DNA of 64,000 nucleotides from Bdellovibrionota bacterium. GTDB lineage: Bacteria; Bdellovibrionota_C; UBA2361; CALJRW01. Positions 7,923 to 17,743 of the stretch are shown here, piece after piece (the stretch's first letter is position 1; each line of letters begins with the position of its first letter). The DNA lies in contig JBGSMD010000012.1 of assembly GCA_041740355.1 (NCBI GenBank), positions 1 to 64,000 of the forward strand, written 5' to 3'. Both the position numbers and the translations under genes were made by a program. The notes beneath the pieces were generated by a model. That model was not told where the DNA came from, did not search any database, and was given only the letters and a program-made list of their open reading frames with translations.

Positions 7923-10900
7923 TAGGCTTTATATTTTAAATTATCTAAATAACTAACCGATGGTTGAGTGTTCAAATGGTGATCCAATATTTTGTAAGCC
8001 CTGTCATGCTTAGCTAATTTACTTACTCTTGAATTCGGATCATTCAAATCACCAAAAACTAAAGCTTCAGTTGGACAAGATTTAACACAAGCTGGCTGAA
8101 CTTCGCCGTCGGCAACTAAACGACCTTCATCTTTTGCATGATCCTTAGCATCTTTAATGCGGTGAACGCAGAAACTACATTTTTCCATCACACCAGCCGT
8201 ACGCTTCATTACTTCAGGGTTAAGTTGCATTTCCATTGGTTCTGGCAACTCATATTCATACCAGTTAAAACGTCTCTGCTTGTAGACACAGTTATTGGCG
8301 CAATATCTTGTTCCAACACAACGGTTGTAAACCATTACGTTCATACCATCTTCATTATGATAAGTAGCGTATACAGGACAAACCGGCTCACAAGGAGCAT
8401 TTTGACAATGCTGGCACATTGCTGGAATAAAACTAATTTGAAGATCTTCTGATGTTCCATCATCATATCTTTCTAAACGCAACCATGACATTTCACGACC
8501 TTCGGTCATAATCTTACGACCAACAGTTGGAATATTATTCTCAGCGTAACAGGCAGTTACACAAGCCGAACATCCGGTGCAAGCAGCTAAATCAACAACC
8601 ATTCCCCACTGGTAAAGTGGATGAATTCTTTGTTCGTACATTTGCGCTGGCTCGTGGTGTCCATGGTGATCATCATGATGATCGTCGTGTGCTCCAGGAA
8701 CTTTAGTCTCGATATAACTAGTTCTAGCAATTTCACGCTTTCCTTGTTTGTCGCTATCTTTGACATCTTGGGTGTTAGCGACTTTATGTTTGCCTAAAGC
8801 TCTTTTTAACTCCACATGAGTTGTAAATAATTGTAAGTGATCGGCCTTGTCACTTGGAATCATGTTGTAAACATTTCCACCACCAACAGAACTGGCATAA
8901 CGCCCAAAATCACTATGACCATTTCCTAGAGGAACTGCGATTACATTCTCATCAACGTGATCGGTAACATAAGCTGGAACTTGTAATTCACCATAGTAAT
9001 TACTGATTTTAACTAGGTCACCTGTTTTGATTTTTTTAGCAGCAGCGGTTTTAGTGTTAATTTCTGCCCAAGTATCCCAAGCAATCTTAGTGATCGGATC
9101 TGGAAGTTCTTGCATCCACGGACGGTTAGCCGCTCGGCCATCAAAAGTTTTAACTGACGCATAAGGCAACAACACTAACTCTGACTTCTGTTGAATCTTA
9201 GTGCTGTCAAAACTAGCGATATCAAGCTTTGCCGTAACAATCACGGAAGTTGGAATTGAAAGCTGCGCAACTGAGATTGGATCGGCAAAATACCCACCAC
9301 GCTCTAGGGATTTTTTCCAGAAAGTTTCAAAGTTTTCTGCAACTCCGGCACCAGCATGAATTGTCTGCCACTGTGCTTTCAAATAATCTTGAAACTCAGA
9401 GAACTTTTTAAGCTCTTCACTACGGCTGAGTTTAAGTAACATGTCACCTAGTCCAACAGTATCAAATACTGGTGTCATTGCTGGTTGAACTAAACTACTA
9501 ACGCCAGCATATGGTTGATGATCCCCCCATGATTCAATACTACTAGAAGCTGGTAAAATTAAATGTGCTTCCTTAGAAGTTTCATCTAAATGGGAAGCAA
9601 AACTCACAACCAAATCTAATTTCTTAATTGCTAATCCAAATTTATAATCTGATGGAATAGTGAAAAGCGGATTTGATCCATCAACAAATAATACTGAGTA
9701 TTTATTGTCATTAATTTCAGCGATTAATGATTTAACTTTTTGGAAATCACTTTTAACTTTTCTTAAACGATCAAGATTGATTGTCTGACCAACGTTACCA
9801 AGCACACGATTAATTAGTGCACAGATTACTTGCAATTCGTATTCGTTATTTGTTTTAGCACTTGCACCACCAGCAATTACTAGAGAAGTCTTAGCCTCGG
9901 CCAATCTTTGTGCTGCACTTACTATTTTTTCACTTTTAACATTGGAAAGTTTAGCAACTACATCAATAGTAATTTCAGCCAAAGAAACCTCTAATTCGCC
10001 AAGGAGACTTGCTGGAAGATTGTTTTTCCCACGAGATAAAAGTTCCTTTAATACCGCTTTGGCAATTAACAACTCGGTGCCAGGTTTGCACTTAAGATGA
10101 TGATCGGCATTAGCGCCAGTAAGCGAAAGTCGTGGCTCTACTTGAAAAACACGAACTGGTTTTTTAGATTTTCTTGACTTTGCCCAATCCCTAGAATACT
10201 CGCAGGGAGAAATCCATGTTTCTAAGAAATCAGCTCCAAAGTTTAATACGACCTCTGCTTTAGAAAAATCATAATGTGGAACACCGTCATACTCCGCTCC
10301 ATAAACAGCAGCTGTAGCTTTAGCTAATTGCGCATAATCAAGTGGTTCGTAAGCATAGTGTTCAACAGCCACGTCAGTAGACCACTCCCCAACTAACTTT
10401 TCCAAGCTACCGCTTAATGGTCTAGTTAAAAAAGCACGTTTTGAATCATCGGCAATCGCTTGTTTAATTTTGCTGTATGCAGCTTTCCATGTAATTGGTT
10501 GGAAAACTCCATTGGAATCTTTCTCTAATGGCTGACGTACGCGATCTGGATCATAATGATCTTGTAAAGCCGAATGACCAATGGCACACAGTCCACCCTT
10601 GTTAATCGGATGATCTTTATTCCCTTCAACGATTACAACTCGCCCTTCGTATGTTTTATAGTTTACTCCACAACCAGCATCACACTGCGTACAAGTAGAA
10701 CTATACCAACTAGGCAAGCCTGGAATCTGAGTGGCATCACCTTTGACATTCGGATAAATAATTTGATCAGCTTTATCTGCACAGGCAACTGCTGTTGTGG
10801 CAGTAGCGGCTCCCAAGACTTTTAAAAAACTTCTGCGGGATAGCCCTTCGCTTGCGACATTATCGTTCTGACCAAGTATCGTTAAAGATTTTTTCTGCAT
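7922..10900 (-). CDS. actB: alternative complex III subunit ActB (molybdopterin-oxidoreductase-like domain fused to an Fe-S domain)
   Basis: Tat signal SRRSFLK with lipobox-like AVAC; Fe-S motifs CTGCSAC, CQHCQNAPC, CVGTRYC and CSFC. Confidence 0.92.
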   Translation of the reverse strand: MQKKSLTILGQNDNVASEGLSRRSFLKVLGAATATTAVACADKADQIIYPNVKGDATQIPGLPSWYSSTCTQCDAGCGVNYKTYEGRVVIVEGNKDHPINKGGLCAIGHSALQDHYDPDRVRQPLEKDSNGVFQPITWKAAYSKIKQAIADDSKRAFLTRPLSGSLEKLVGEWSTDVAVEHYAYEPLDYAQLAKATAAVYGAEYDGVPHYDFSKAEVVLNFGADFLETWISPCEYSRDWAKSRKSKKPVRVFQVEPRLSLTGANADHHLKCKPGTELLIAKAVLKELLSRGKNNLPASLLGELEVSLAEITIDVVAKLSNVKSEKIVSAAQRLAEAKTSLVIAGGASAKTNNEYELQVICALINRVLGNVGQTINLDRLRKVKSDFQKVKSLIAEINDNKYSVLFVDGSNPLFTIPSDYKFGLAIKKLDLVVSFASHLDETSKEAHLILPASSSIESWGDHQPYAGVSSLVQPAMTPVFDTVGLGDMLLKLSRSEELKKFSEFQDYLKAQWQTIHAGAGVAENFETFWKKSLERGGYFADPISVAQLSIPTSVIVTAKLDIASFDSTKIQQKSELVLLPYASVKTFDGRAANRPWMQELPDPITKIAWDTWAEINTKTAAAKKIKTGDLVKISNYYGELQVPAYVTDHVDENVIAVPLGNGHSDFGRYASSVGGGNVYNMIPSDKADHLQLFTTHVELKRALGKHKVANTQDVKDSDKQGKREIARTSYIETKVPGAHDDHHDDHHGHHEPAQMYEQRIHPLYQWGMVVDLAACTGCSACVTACYAENNIPTVGRKIMTEGREMSWLRLERYDDGTSEDLQISFIPAMCQHCQNAPCEPVCPVYATYHNEDGMNVMVYNRCVGTRYCANNCVYKQRRFNWYEYELPEPMEMQLNPEVMKRTAGVMEKCSFCVHRIKDAKDHAKDEGRLVADGEVQPACVKSCPTEALVFGDLNDPNSRVSKLAKHDRAYKILDHHLNTQPSVSYLDNLKYKA

Positions 10901-10921
10901 TGCTACGACTTATTTTAAAAA

Positions 10922-11584
10922 CTAATGGTGACAAACTGTACAATCGATATTCGCACCTCTTTCTCGGTGACAATCGATACACCAACCCATCTTCATTGAA
11001 CTTACTCTTTCAACTTCATCCATCTCTTGAATCTGTCCATGACATTCTTGGCAACCTACTCCAGCTTTAACGTGACGCTTGTGATTAAACTTAACGTAAT
11101 CAGGCATAACATGAACTTTTGCCCATGGAATTGGCTCACCCTTGGTGTAATATTCTTTAATTTTTGTAATCTCTGCTTGTTGCTCAGGAGTAGTTCCACC
11201 TATTAAACTATGACAACCCATACAATTCTGAACTTCAGGAATTGCGGCATAAGGAGATTTAGCAGATGTCCAATGACAAAACTGACATTCCATTTTATTC
11301 TTTTGAACGTGTGTTACGTGGCTGAATTTTATTGGTTGCTGTGGTTTGTGCCCACGAGCTCTAGCTACGGGCCCAAAGTAATGAAAATGGTCGATAATAT
11401 TTAGGTCCCAAAGAGCGGCCTGACCATCATTCCAAACACCAGCACGCTTACCAACACTTTGATAGCCTGCAGCATCTTCAGCAAATGAATTACCAACAAA
11501 TGTGCTACATAATAAGATTACAAGCAAAGCAAATGGATAATAGCGATTATTACGGAGAAATTTTGAAGATATTAAACCCAACAT
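10922..11584 (-). CDS. actA: alternative complex III pentaheme cytochrome c ActA
   Basis: Five CxxCH motifs (CQFCH, CMGCH, CQECH, CIDCH, CTVCH) and QPIKFSH. Confidence 0.92.
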   Translation of the reverse strand: MLGLISSKFLRNNRYYPFALLVILLCSTFVGNSFAEDAAGYQSVGKRAGVWNDGQAALWDLNIIDHFHYFGPVARARGHKPQQPIKFSHVTHVQKNKMECQFCHWTSAKSPYAAIPEVQNCMGCHSLIGGTTPEQQAEITKIKEYYTKGEPIPWAKVHVMPDYVKFNHKRHVKAGVGCQECHGQIQEMDEVERVSSMKMGWCIDCHRERGANIDCTVCHH

Positions 11585-11793
11585 TAATTTTTTAATTAGA
11601 ATTTCGTGGGTATTTTTACACTAAGTAGATTATTTGGTCAAAGCAGTAAAAGATCGATCTCGGTGTATTTCCTATTTTTGCTAATCTGAAATTTTGCACG
11701 ATAATAACCTAGTTCAGTAGATATTTGATGCAAAAGTATTTACAGTCAATATTGAATACTAATGCATTTGCATGGTATGTCATGCTAGGGTAA

Positions 11794-11848
11794 TATAATA
11801 AGTCCAAAAAATAATCTCCCTAGGGAATTACTTTTTGTCATAACTATA
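11794..11848. repeat. family-1 repeat, minimal copy (two termini joined)
   Basis: TATAATAAGTCCAAAAAATAAT-CTCCCTAGGGA-ATTACTTTTTGTCATAACTATA carries the same two end motifs as the longer copies. Confidence 0.75.
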
Positions 11849-11852
11849 ATTA

Positions 11853-13856
11853 CTAAGATATTGAAAAAGGATGGTTACCGTACTCGTATTGAGGGTCATT
11901 ATAGTTGCGAAAGTACTCCTTTAGCGGCTTAGAAGATAACAATCCATGAGATTCAAAGTAAGCTTCCGCCAAGATCAGATATATTTCTGCTGAGCATTCC
12001 GAAACAACTAGCTGATCCTTAATTTCTGCTATGGATTTTTGAATTGCTGGTATAAACCTTAAAACAAAGTCATCCTTCCCGACTTCCAAAGCGGTACGTA
12101 ATATTTTTTTTATTTGATTAAAATAGTCACCAACTTGCTCAACAATTTTTTGAGATTCAATGACCGGCTGATGAATATTTATATTTAATAGTTCAATTCC
12201 CTCTTCTAAAGCTAACATCGCCGAATCTTTTCGACCATTTGTATTTAACTGATAGCTAGCATCGAGATAAGCATCAACAAGTCTTACTTGCAGCTTCGGA
12301 TGTGGGTTAATCATCTCGCGCAAGGAAGTAAGTTCGTCATAGCGTTCGCATATTAGTAAATTTCCAGCCAAAATAGCGATGCTACGAGCCGTAATTTTTT
12401 CGATAGCTTTAGAACTGGCAGAAGCCATCTCTTTAAGAAGACGATCTTGAACTAAAGGATGCGCCAGTCCTCCTTCAATCGCAATAAAAGTATCCGCTAA
12501 AAACTCTTTGCGATTTTTGGAAAGCGATTTCAGTTCAAAAAGGCGATCTAAAAAAGCTTCCGCCTTAAATTGATTAATGGGCAAATAAGCAATTACAAAA
12601 TTAGCAAATGTTTGTTTGTGGCAAGGCTCATCAGGAAGCATTTGATTGCGATCCTTTCTGGAATCTTCGAAGTAAACCAACGCCTGAGGGATTTTATTTA
12701 ATTGTAAAAGTTTTTTGATAAATCTTTCCTGAAAAGCAAAGTCCGCTTCTTCTTGTTGAAATCCTTCATGGGCAGTAATTAAGTCTGGAGAATAAGGATT
12801 GTCTTTTAGCACTCCCAATCTAGCACTTAGCAATGCTCCTAAATTTAATAAATCATCTGCTGATTCGGTTGTTTCATAATGATCAACACTGAGCTTTAAG
12901 GAACCATGCCTAGCATGAAAACACATATAGGCCGATTTTAATTCGGTAGCAAAACAAAGACATACTTCTGCTCCTTCACCAAAACTGGAATTTATTTCAA
13001 TTACTTCTGCAGTTTGCAAATCAGAATCATCAACATCATCCTCGCTTTCACTTTCTTCAGTTAACTCTGATTGCTCTGATTCGGAACTTTCATCTGGTAA
13101 ATAAATGTCATATATCCTCTGATTAAGTTCCAAAGTATCTCCTTGTAGCACCTGGGCCAAAGATAACTGCTCTGGACTCAGTGAACTTTTAGTTGCTAAC
13201 TCCCAATAAAGTTCTTGAAAAATTATTGATCTAAATTCAGGAAGATCATCTAAATGATAGCTAACATTAACTAACAAATGCGGACTCTCCTTGACGACAA
13301 GAGTTAAAATGTGACGCAAACTATTTAGTTGTCCATTCTTCAGAGTATCAACATAGTCATCATAATCAGGACGTAACTCATCTGAATCAATTCGATCCAA
13401 CACAGGACTACTTGCTGCACAACTATTTAAATATCTACCAATTGAAAATAAACTTTGATTTAAGGCTAGTTCGTTTTTACTGATAATCGCAACTATCAAA
13501 GCTAATTCCAAACATTTTTGTAATTGAATTTCCGCTGTAATTGGTTCAAAAAAAAGACTTCTGGTAACAGCATCCTTTCCTTCTGGATAATATTCCATCG
13601 CTCCTACCAATGGATTGACAAATTGTTCCGATGATAAATCATTGGCAACTAATGTCTTCATCGCAGCTCGAATTGCGGTAGTGACAACTCGTAGATTTGG
13701 GAATGCTGCTAGTGAATCATTAAAAGTATCTAGGAATTTGAAGATTTCCAGCCGCTGCGGGGTAAGAGCAAGACGAGGAATAGTTTGTGTAGCAAAGTTC
13801 TCCTCGATAGGATCATTCGTAGGAGAACTTTGTGGAGCTGGCTCAGGAAAGGACAT
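11853..13856 (-). CDS. hypothetical acidic, predicted helical protein
   Basis: 667-aa ORF with Pro/Ser-rich N-terminus and an acidic tract (DESSESEQSELTEESESEDDVDD); no family recognised. Confidence 0.75.
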   Translation of the reverse strand: MSFPEPAPQSSPTNDPIEENFATQTIPRLALTPQRLEIFKFLDTFNDSLAAFPNLRVVTTAIRAAMKTLVANDLSSEQFVNPLVGAMEYYPEGKDAVTRSLFFEPITAEIQLQKCLELALIVAIISKNELALNQSLFSIGRYLNSCAASSPVLDRIDSDELRPDYDDYVDTLKNGQLNSLRHILTLVVKESPHLLVNVSYHLDDLPEFRSIIFQELYWELATKSSLSPEQLSLAQVLQGDTLELNQRIYDIYLPDESSESEQSELTEESESEDDVDDSDLQTAEVIEINSSFGEGAEVCLCFATELKSAYMCFHARHGSLKLSVDHYETTESADDLLNLGALLSARLGVLKDNPYSPDLITAHEGFQQEEADFAFQERFIKKLLQLNKIPQALVYFEDSRKDRNQMLPDEPCHKQTFANFVIAYLPINQFKAEAFLDRLFELKSLSKNRKEFLADTFIAIEGGLAHPLVQDRLLKEMASASSKAIEKITARSIAILAGNLLICERYDELTSLREMINPHPKLQVRLVDAYLDASYQLNTNGRKDSAMLALEEGIELLNINIHQPVIESQKIVEQVGDYFNQIKKILRTALEVGKDDFVLRFIPAIQKSIAEIKDQLVVSECSAEIYLILAEAYFESHGLLSSKPLKEYFRNYNDPQYEYGNHPFSIS

Positions 13857-13922
13857 TAAGATTTAACAACTATAATAATGGCTTATAGTTATTACTAAAT
13901 TGATAGCTAATCAACTTATTTC

Positions 13923-14423
13923 CTAAAATGGAATATCATCATCCTGTACGCTGCCAGAACCTTGATCAAAGCTAGTTAGGTCGTCAGCCGTTGCCAGTCC
14001 AGCTAAAGCAGCATTGCCACCGTTACCACCACCAAAATTATTTGGTCCTTGATCAAACTGTTGATGAGAATCATTGCCAGTATTAGCTGAGGCACGCCCA
14101 CCAATAAATCTAACATTATCAGCAACGATATCAGTAGAGTAACGATCTTGGCCCGAAGTCTTATCTTGGTACTTGCTTGTCTTTAATCTTCCTTCTACTA
14201 GCGCAGTGCTTCCTTTTTTTAAGTAGTTAGCACAGTTCTCACCTTGCTTTCCAAAAACTACCACACGGTGCCATTCAGTATGATCCACCCAAGCGCCTGT
14301 AGCATCTTTTTGCTTTTCGGTTGTAGCTAAACTCATGGTACACACTGCAACTTGCTTTGGAGTGTAACGAAGCTCAGGATCTCGGCCTAAGTTGCCCAAA
14401 ATTATAACTTTATTTAATGACAT
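13923..14423 (-). CDS. ssb: single-stranded DNA-binding protein
   Basis: LNKVIILGNLGRDPELRYT, TEWHRVV and C-terminal DDDIPF. Confidence 0.97.
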   Translation of the reverse strand: MSLNKVIILGNLGRDPELRYTPKQVAVCTMSLATTEKQKDATGAWVDHTEWHRVVVFGKQGENCANYLKKGSTALVEGRLKTSKYQDKTSGQDRYSTDIVADNVRFIGGRASANTGNDSHQQFDQGPNNFGGGNGGNAALAGLATADDLTSFDQGSGSVQDDDIPF

Positions 14424-14631
14424 AGATATACAAATTTATAAAAACTAAATATTACCCAAAGAAATCTCCCCCAGATAATTATTAGCTTATCGTAAAAAAT
14501 TGGGACAAGTTCCCAAGTCATCTAAAATACTACAATATTTAAAGAAATAACAAGTTTTTTGTCTAGTGCCTTGTGAAACTTCATTTCTCAAGACTTTAGT
14601 GCTATAGAAAATGCTCGTTTATGCCTTTATC

Positions 14632-14858
14632 TAGTGAGTCCAAAAAATAAATTACTTTAAAAGACAAACGATTTTGCTTGGACTCATTATTTATGTTGTT
14701 TTTAGCTATGCAAACTTGAATATCCGCCATAGCTTTTGCTTTGGCGCAACAGGAAACCAAGATTTGCATTAGCCGTAAGGACTTTGTTCAATTTACTAAC
14801 CAGCCTTCGCTGAAGCTTCGGCTAGGCAGGCAGTAAATTATTTTTTGTCATTACTATA
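14632..14858. repeat. family-1 repeat, long copy with REP-like inserts
   Basis: TAGTGAGTCCAAAAAATAAATTAC...GTAAATTATTTTTTGTCATTACTATA; near-identical reverse complement at 51643-51882. Confidence 0.9.
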
Positions 14859-14899
14859 TCTTAATATAGTCATTTATTTAAAATCACTAAGCTTTAAGT

Positions 14900-15736
14900 A
14901 TGAAAGTTATTAATACAATTTACGAATTAAAATCATACCTCGCCAAGCATAATGGTAGCTTAGCCTTAGTTCCAACGATGGGAGCACTACATGAAGGGCA
15001 TTTATCACTAGTGGATATCGCCAAGGAATCTGCTGAGTTTGTGGCTGTTACAATTTTTGTTAATCCTCAGCAGTTCAATAATGCCAAAGATTTAAAATTA
15101 TATCCTCGCGTCTTAGAAGACGATCTTGATTTGCTTCGTAACCAAGCTGTAGATTTAGTATTTTGCCCAACAGAAGATGAAATTTATCAACATTTTCAGG
15201 GGACAAAAGTACATCCATCCAAGATTGGTGACGTAATGGAAGGTCCCTTTCGACCAGGGCATTTCGCCGGTGTCTGCACAATCGTAAACATTTTATTTAA
15301 TTTACTTCGACCTGACGTAGCTATTTTTGGTGAAAAGGATTTTCAACAATTAAGAATTATCGAAGACATGATCCTTGATTTACAAATGGATGTACAAATC
15401 ATTCGGGCACCAATTAAACGTGAAGACAACGGCTTGGCGCGAAGCTCTCGGAATGAATTATTATCGAAAAAGCAACGGGCAGAAGCCAAGGTGATTTTTG
15501 AGTGTTTAATGTTAGCAAAAGAATTACTAAGTAGCGGTGAAACTTCAATTAAAAAAATCCTAGCAAATTGTAAAAAACATTTAGAGTCAGCACCTGAATT
15601 GAAAATAGAATACTTAACAATTAATCATTCTAGCGATCTTCGTGAAGTTAATAAGCTAGAGCTAGATAATAATCTACGCATCTTTTTTGCTGGACATTAT
15701 GGAGGGGTCCGCTTAATTGACAACCTAAAATTATAA
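14900..15736 (+). CDS. panC: pantoate--beta-alanine ligase
   Basis: VPTMGALHEGH, FGEKDFQQ, GLARSSRN and RLIDN motifs. Confidence 0.97.
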   Translation: MKVINTIYELKSYLAKHNGSLALVPTMGALHEGHLSLVDIAKESAEFVAVTIFVNPQQFNNAKDLKLYPRVLEDDLDLLRNQAVDLVFCPTEDEIYQHFQGTKVHPSKIGDVMEGPFRPGHFAGVCTIVNILFNLLRPDVAIFGEKDFQQLRIIEDMILDLQMDVQIIRAPIKREDNGLARSSRNELLSKKQRAEAKVIFECLMLAKELLSSGETSIKKILANCKKHLESAPELKIEYLTINHSSDLREVNKLELDNNLRIFFAGHYGGVRLIDNLKL

Positions 15737-15750
15737 TGTCTTACCAATAA

Positions 15751-16587
15751 TTAAAATTCGACTCTGCTACTACCATTTACAATAATGTAACTGCGATTGC
15801 CATTAGGAAAAACTAAAGCTCGTCCTAATTCATCAAAGACTTGAACAGTAATATTAGATCCAAAGCTACCACCACTGCGGTTTGCACGAGCAGTTGTGCC
15901 TCGACCATTACTTCCTCCTGTATCAGTCAAAGTAACGCCGTTAACTACTACTGTAGCATTCCCTGGATTTAAAAGAACTGCCAGATTGCCATCTCTTTCC
16001 GAAACAGGTTTCCATAAAAAGTTGGATATCGTCTCCGTCGGAGCGCTGGACTCTAGTAGTGCCTCGTAACAAGAGCCAATCAAATTGCCCCCGCAGGCAT
16101 CACTTTGATTAATGGTAGCAAGGCCTTCTTGAATTAATTCTTCTGAAAAACTTAATCCACTAGTAGTAAATATTTGCCCAACGCGAGCAACCCCACCACC
16201 AGTGACTACAGTTGTGCAATCCCCATCTGCTGCAAAAAAAATAACTTCACCTCGAGCCAAATTATTTAGGAAACTAACAGCGCTAGCATTTAAAGTTGGA
16301 TTTAAATCGTTAATCCCTTGAAGTTTTACAAGTGTAGTTCCTTTCTCTGTAATAAAGGCTACTTGATTAGCTGAAATAATTCGTGCACTGCCCAACACGC
16401 CATTTTCAGAATCTATTGGTAATTCAATTCGACCATTACTGACAACCCCACAATCCGTTGTGAAGCTACCGGCATTGATTGGATTTTCACCTCCTGAGCT
16501 ATCATCATCTGAACCTGAATTAGTACATGCTAGTAAAGTCAAACACAAAATTAAAACAAATAATTTCTTCATACTAATCAACCTCAA
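15751..16587 (-). CDS. lipoprotein with degenerate thermonuclease(SNase)-like domain and C-terminal FLWKP domain
   Basis: Lipobox LLAC; VKLQGI...VGQIF...SFSEELIQEGLA resembles the SNase fold. Confidence 0.55.
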   Translation of the reverse strand: MRLISMKKLFVLILCLTLLACTNSGSDDDSSGGENPINAGSFTTDCGVVSNGRIELPIDSENGVLGSARIISANQVAFITEKGTTLVKLQGINDLNPTLNASAVSFLNNLARGEVIFFAADGDCTTVVTGGGVARVGQIFTTSGLSFSEELIQEGLATINQSDACGGNLIGSCYEALLESSAPTETISNFLWKPVSERDGNLAVLLNPGNATVVVNGVTLTDTGGSNGRGTTARANRSGGSFGSNITVQVFDELGRALVFPNGNRSYIIVNGSSRVEF

Positions 16588-16624
16588 ATTGTAGACAACA
16601 TTAAAATAACCCGGTAAATCGCAA

Positions 16625-17635
16625 TTATCGAATACCTAAATATTTATTTACTTCTTGCACAAGACTTTGTTCACTCCAAGACATTCGGCTATTGATCGCT
16701 TGAAAAAAACTTTGTCCTGATTTCTGATAATCATAAATATCCATCAAATGCGCAAGACTACCACGACTCACGACAGCCTGGTAGAACATCGAAGCCCGAG
16801 CATAGTCTCCAGCACTGCCTTCGAACACAAAACGGTCCGGAGAATTATAGATAGCTTTTATCGCTAAGTTTTTATAAAAATTTCGCACTTCACCTTTGGG
16901 AATAGCGCTCGAATACTCTGCCGACTCTTGCTCAAACCAACTAGCAAAACCTTCGGCCCAAGCTCTTTCTCGATTTTGCTTTTGTCCCAGAATTTGGAAT
17001 TCAACCACATGACCAATTTCATGAAGTAAAACTTTCATTAAATCGGCATCAGCAACGTAACCTGGCTTAAAAGTTTTGCCTCCACAACCATTTACAATTC
17101 GTTCCGCAACCAAATAGATTTTAGCCGGAGGAAGCATCCATCCAGGATGACAGTTGTCTACTAAGTATTGTGGAATTTGTGCCGTCGGTAACTTTTCCGA
17201 CATAAAAACTACCTGCCAATCTAAATCTATCGATCGAACTTCTGGGCGAAAACCAGATAGATTTACAAACATCTTGGAAGTCCTTGCGGCATCAGCCAAA
17301 GCTCGAACTGGTGTACGACCAAAAAGTTTTTCCACTTCTCTTGGCCAACGCAGCTCCATTCGACCAAGACTAGTTGCGATACTCTCAGTTCTTAAGTTTC
17401 CTTCAAGCTCTAGATCTTTTGGATCCGCTAAGATTTGTTGGGGAGCTGAGGATTGCTCACAAAAAGCATTTGCTAGGTATTGTTTAGGGATTAATTTTTG
17501 TCCTTGAACTTCGCGCTTCTGTCCTTGACTATTAGTATAAATACAACGTTCTGCATGCGCGCCTGATGTTAGCAAGAAGCTGGCTAATAAAATAATGTAA
17601 AACTTCCAACTATTATTTTTTAATTTAATAAACAT
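16625..17635 (-). CDS. secreted zinc metallopeptidase (HEXXH, gluzincin/MA-like)
   Basis: Signal peptide (AHA), LLHEIGH and a downstream WAEGFASW third ligand. Confidence 0.7.
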   Translation of the reverse strand: MFIKLKNNSWKFYIILLASFLLTSGAHAERCIYTNSQGQKREVQGQKLIPKQYLANAFCEQSSAPQQILADPKDLELEGNLRTESIATSLGRMELRWPREVEKLFGRTPVRALADAARTSKMFVNLSGFRPEVRSIDLDWQVVFMSEKLPTAQIPQYLVDNCHPGWMLPPAKIYLVAERIVNGCGGKTFKPGYVADADLMKVLLHEIGHVVEFQILGQKQNRERAWAEGFASWFEQESAEYSSAIPKGEVRNFYKNLAIKAIYNSPDRFVFEGSAGDYARASMFYQAVVSRGSLAHLMDIYDYQKSGQSFFQAINSRMSWSEQSLVQEVNKYLGIR

Positions 17636-17743
17636 ATTAGTTGGAAGTTTATCTTTTTATTTTCAGCAAAAATTGAAAGGTCAGTATTCTTTGTCCTCAA
17701 TCCTTCTTTTTATGGAAAAATAAGGACAAGGAAGCTAAACAAC

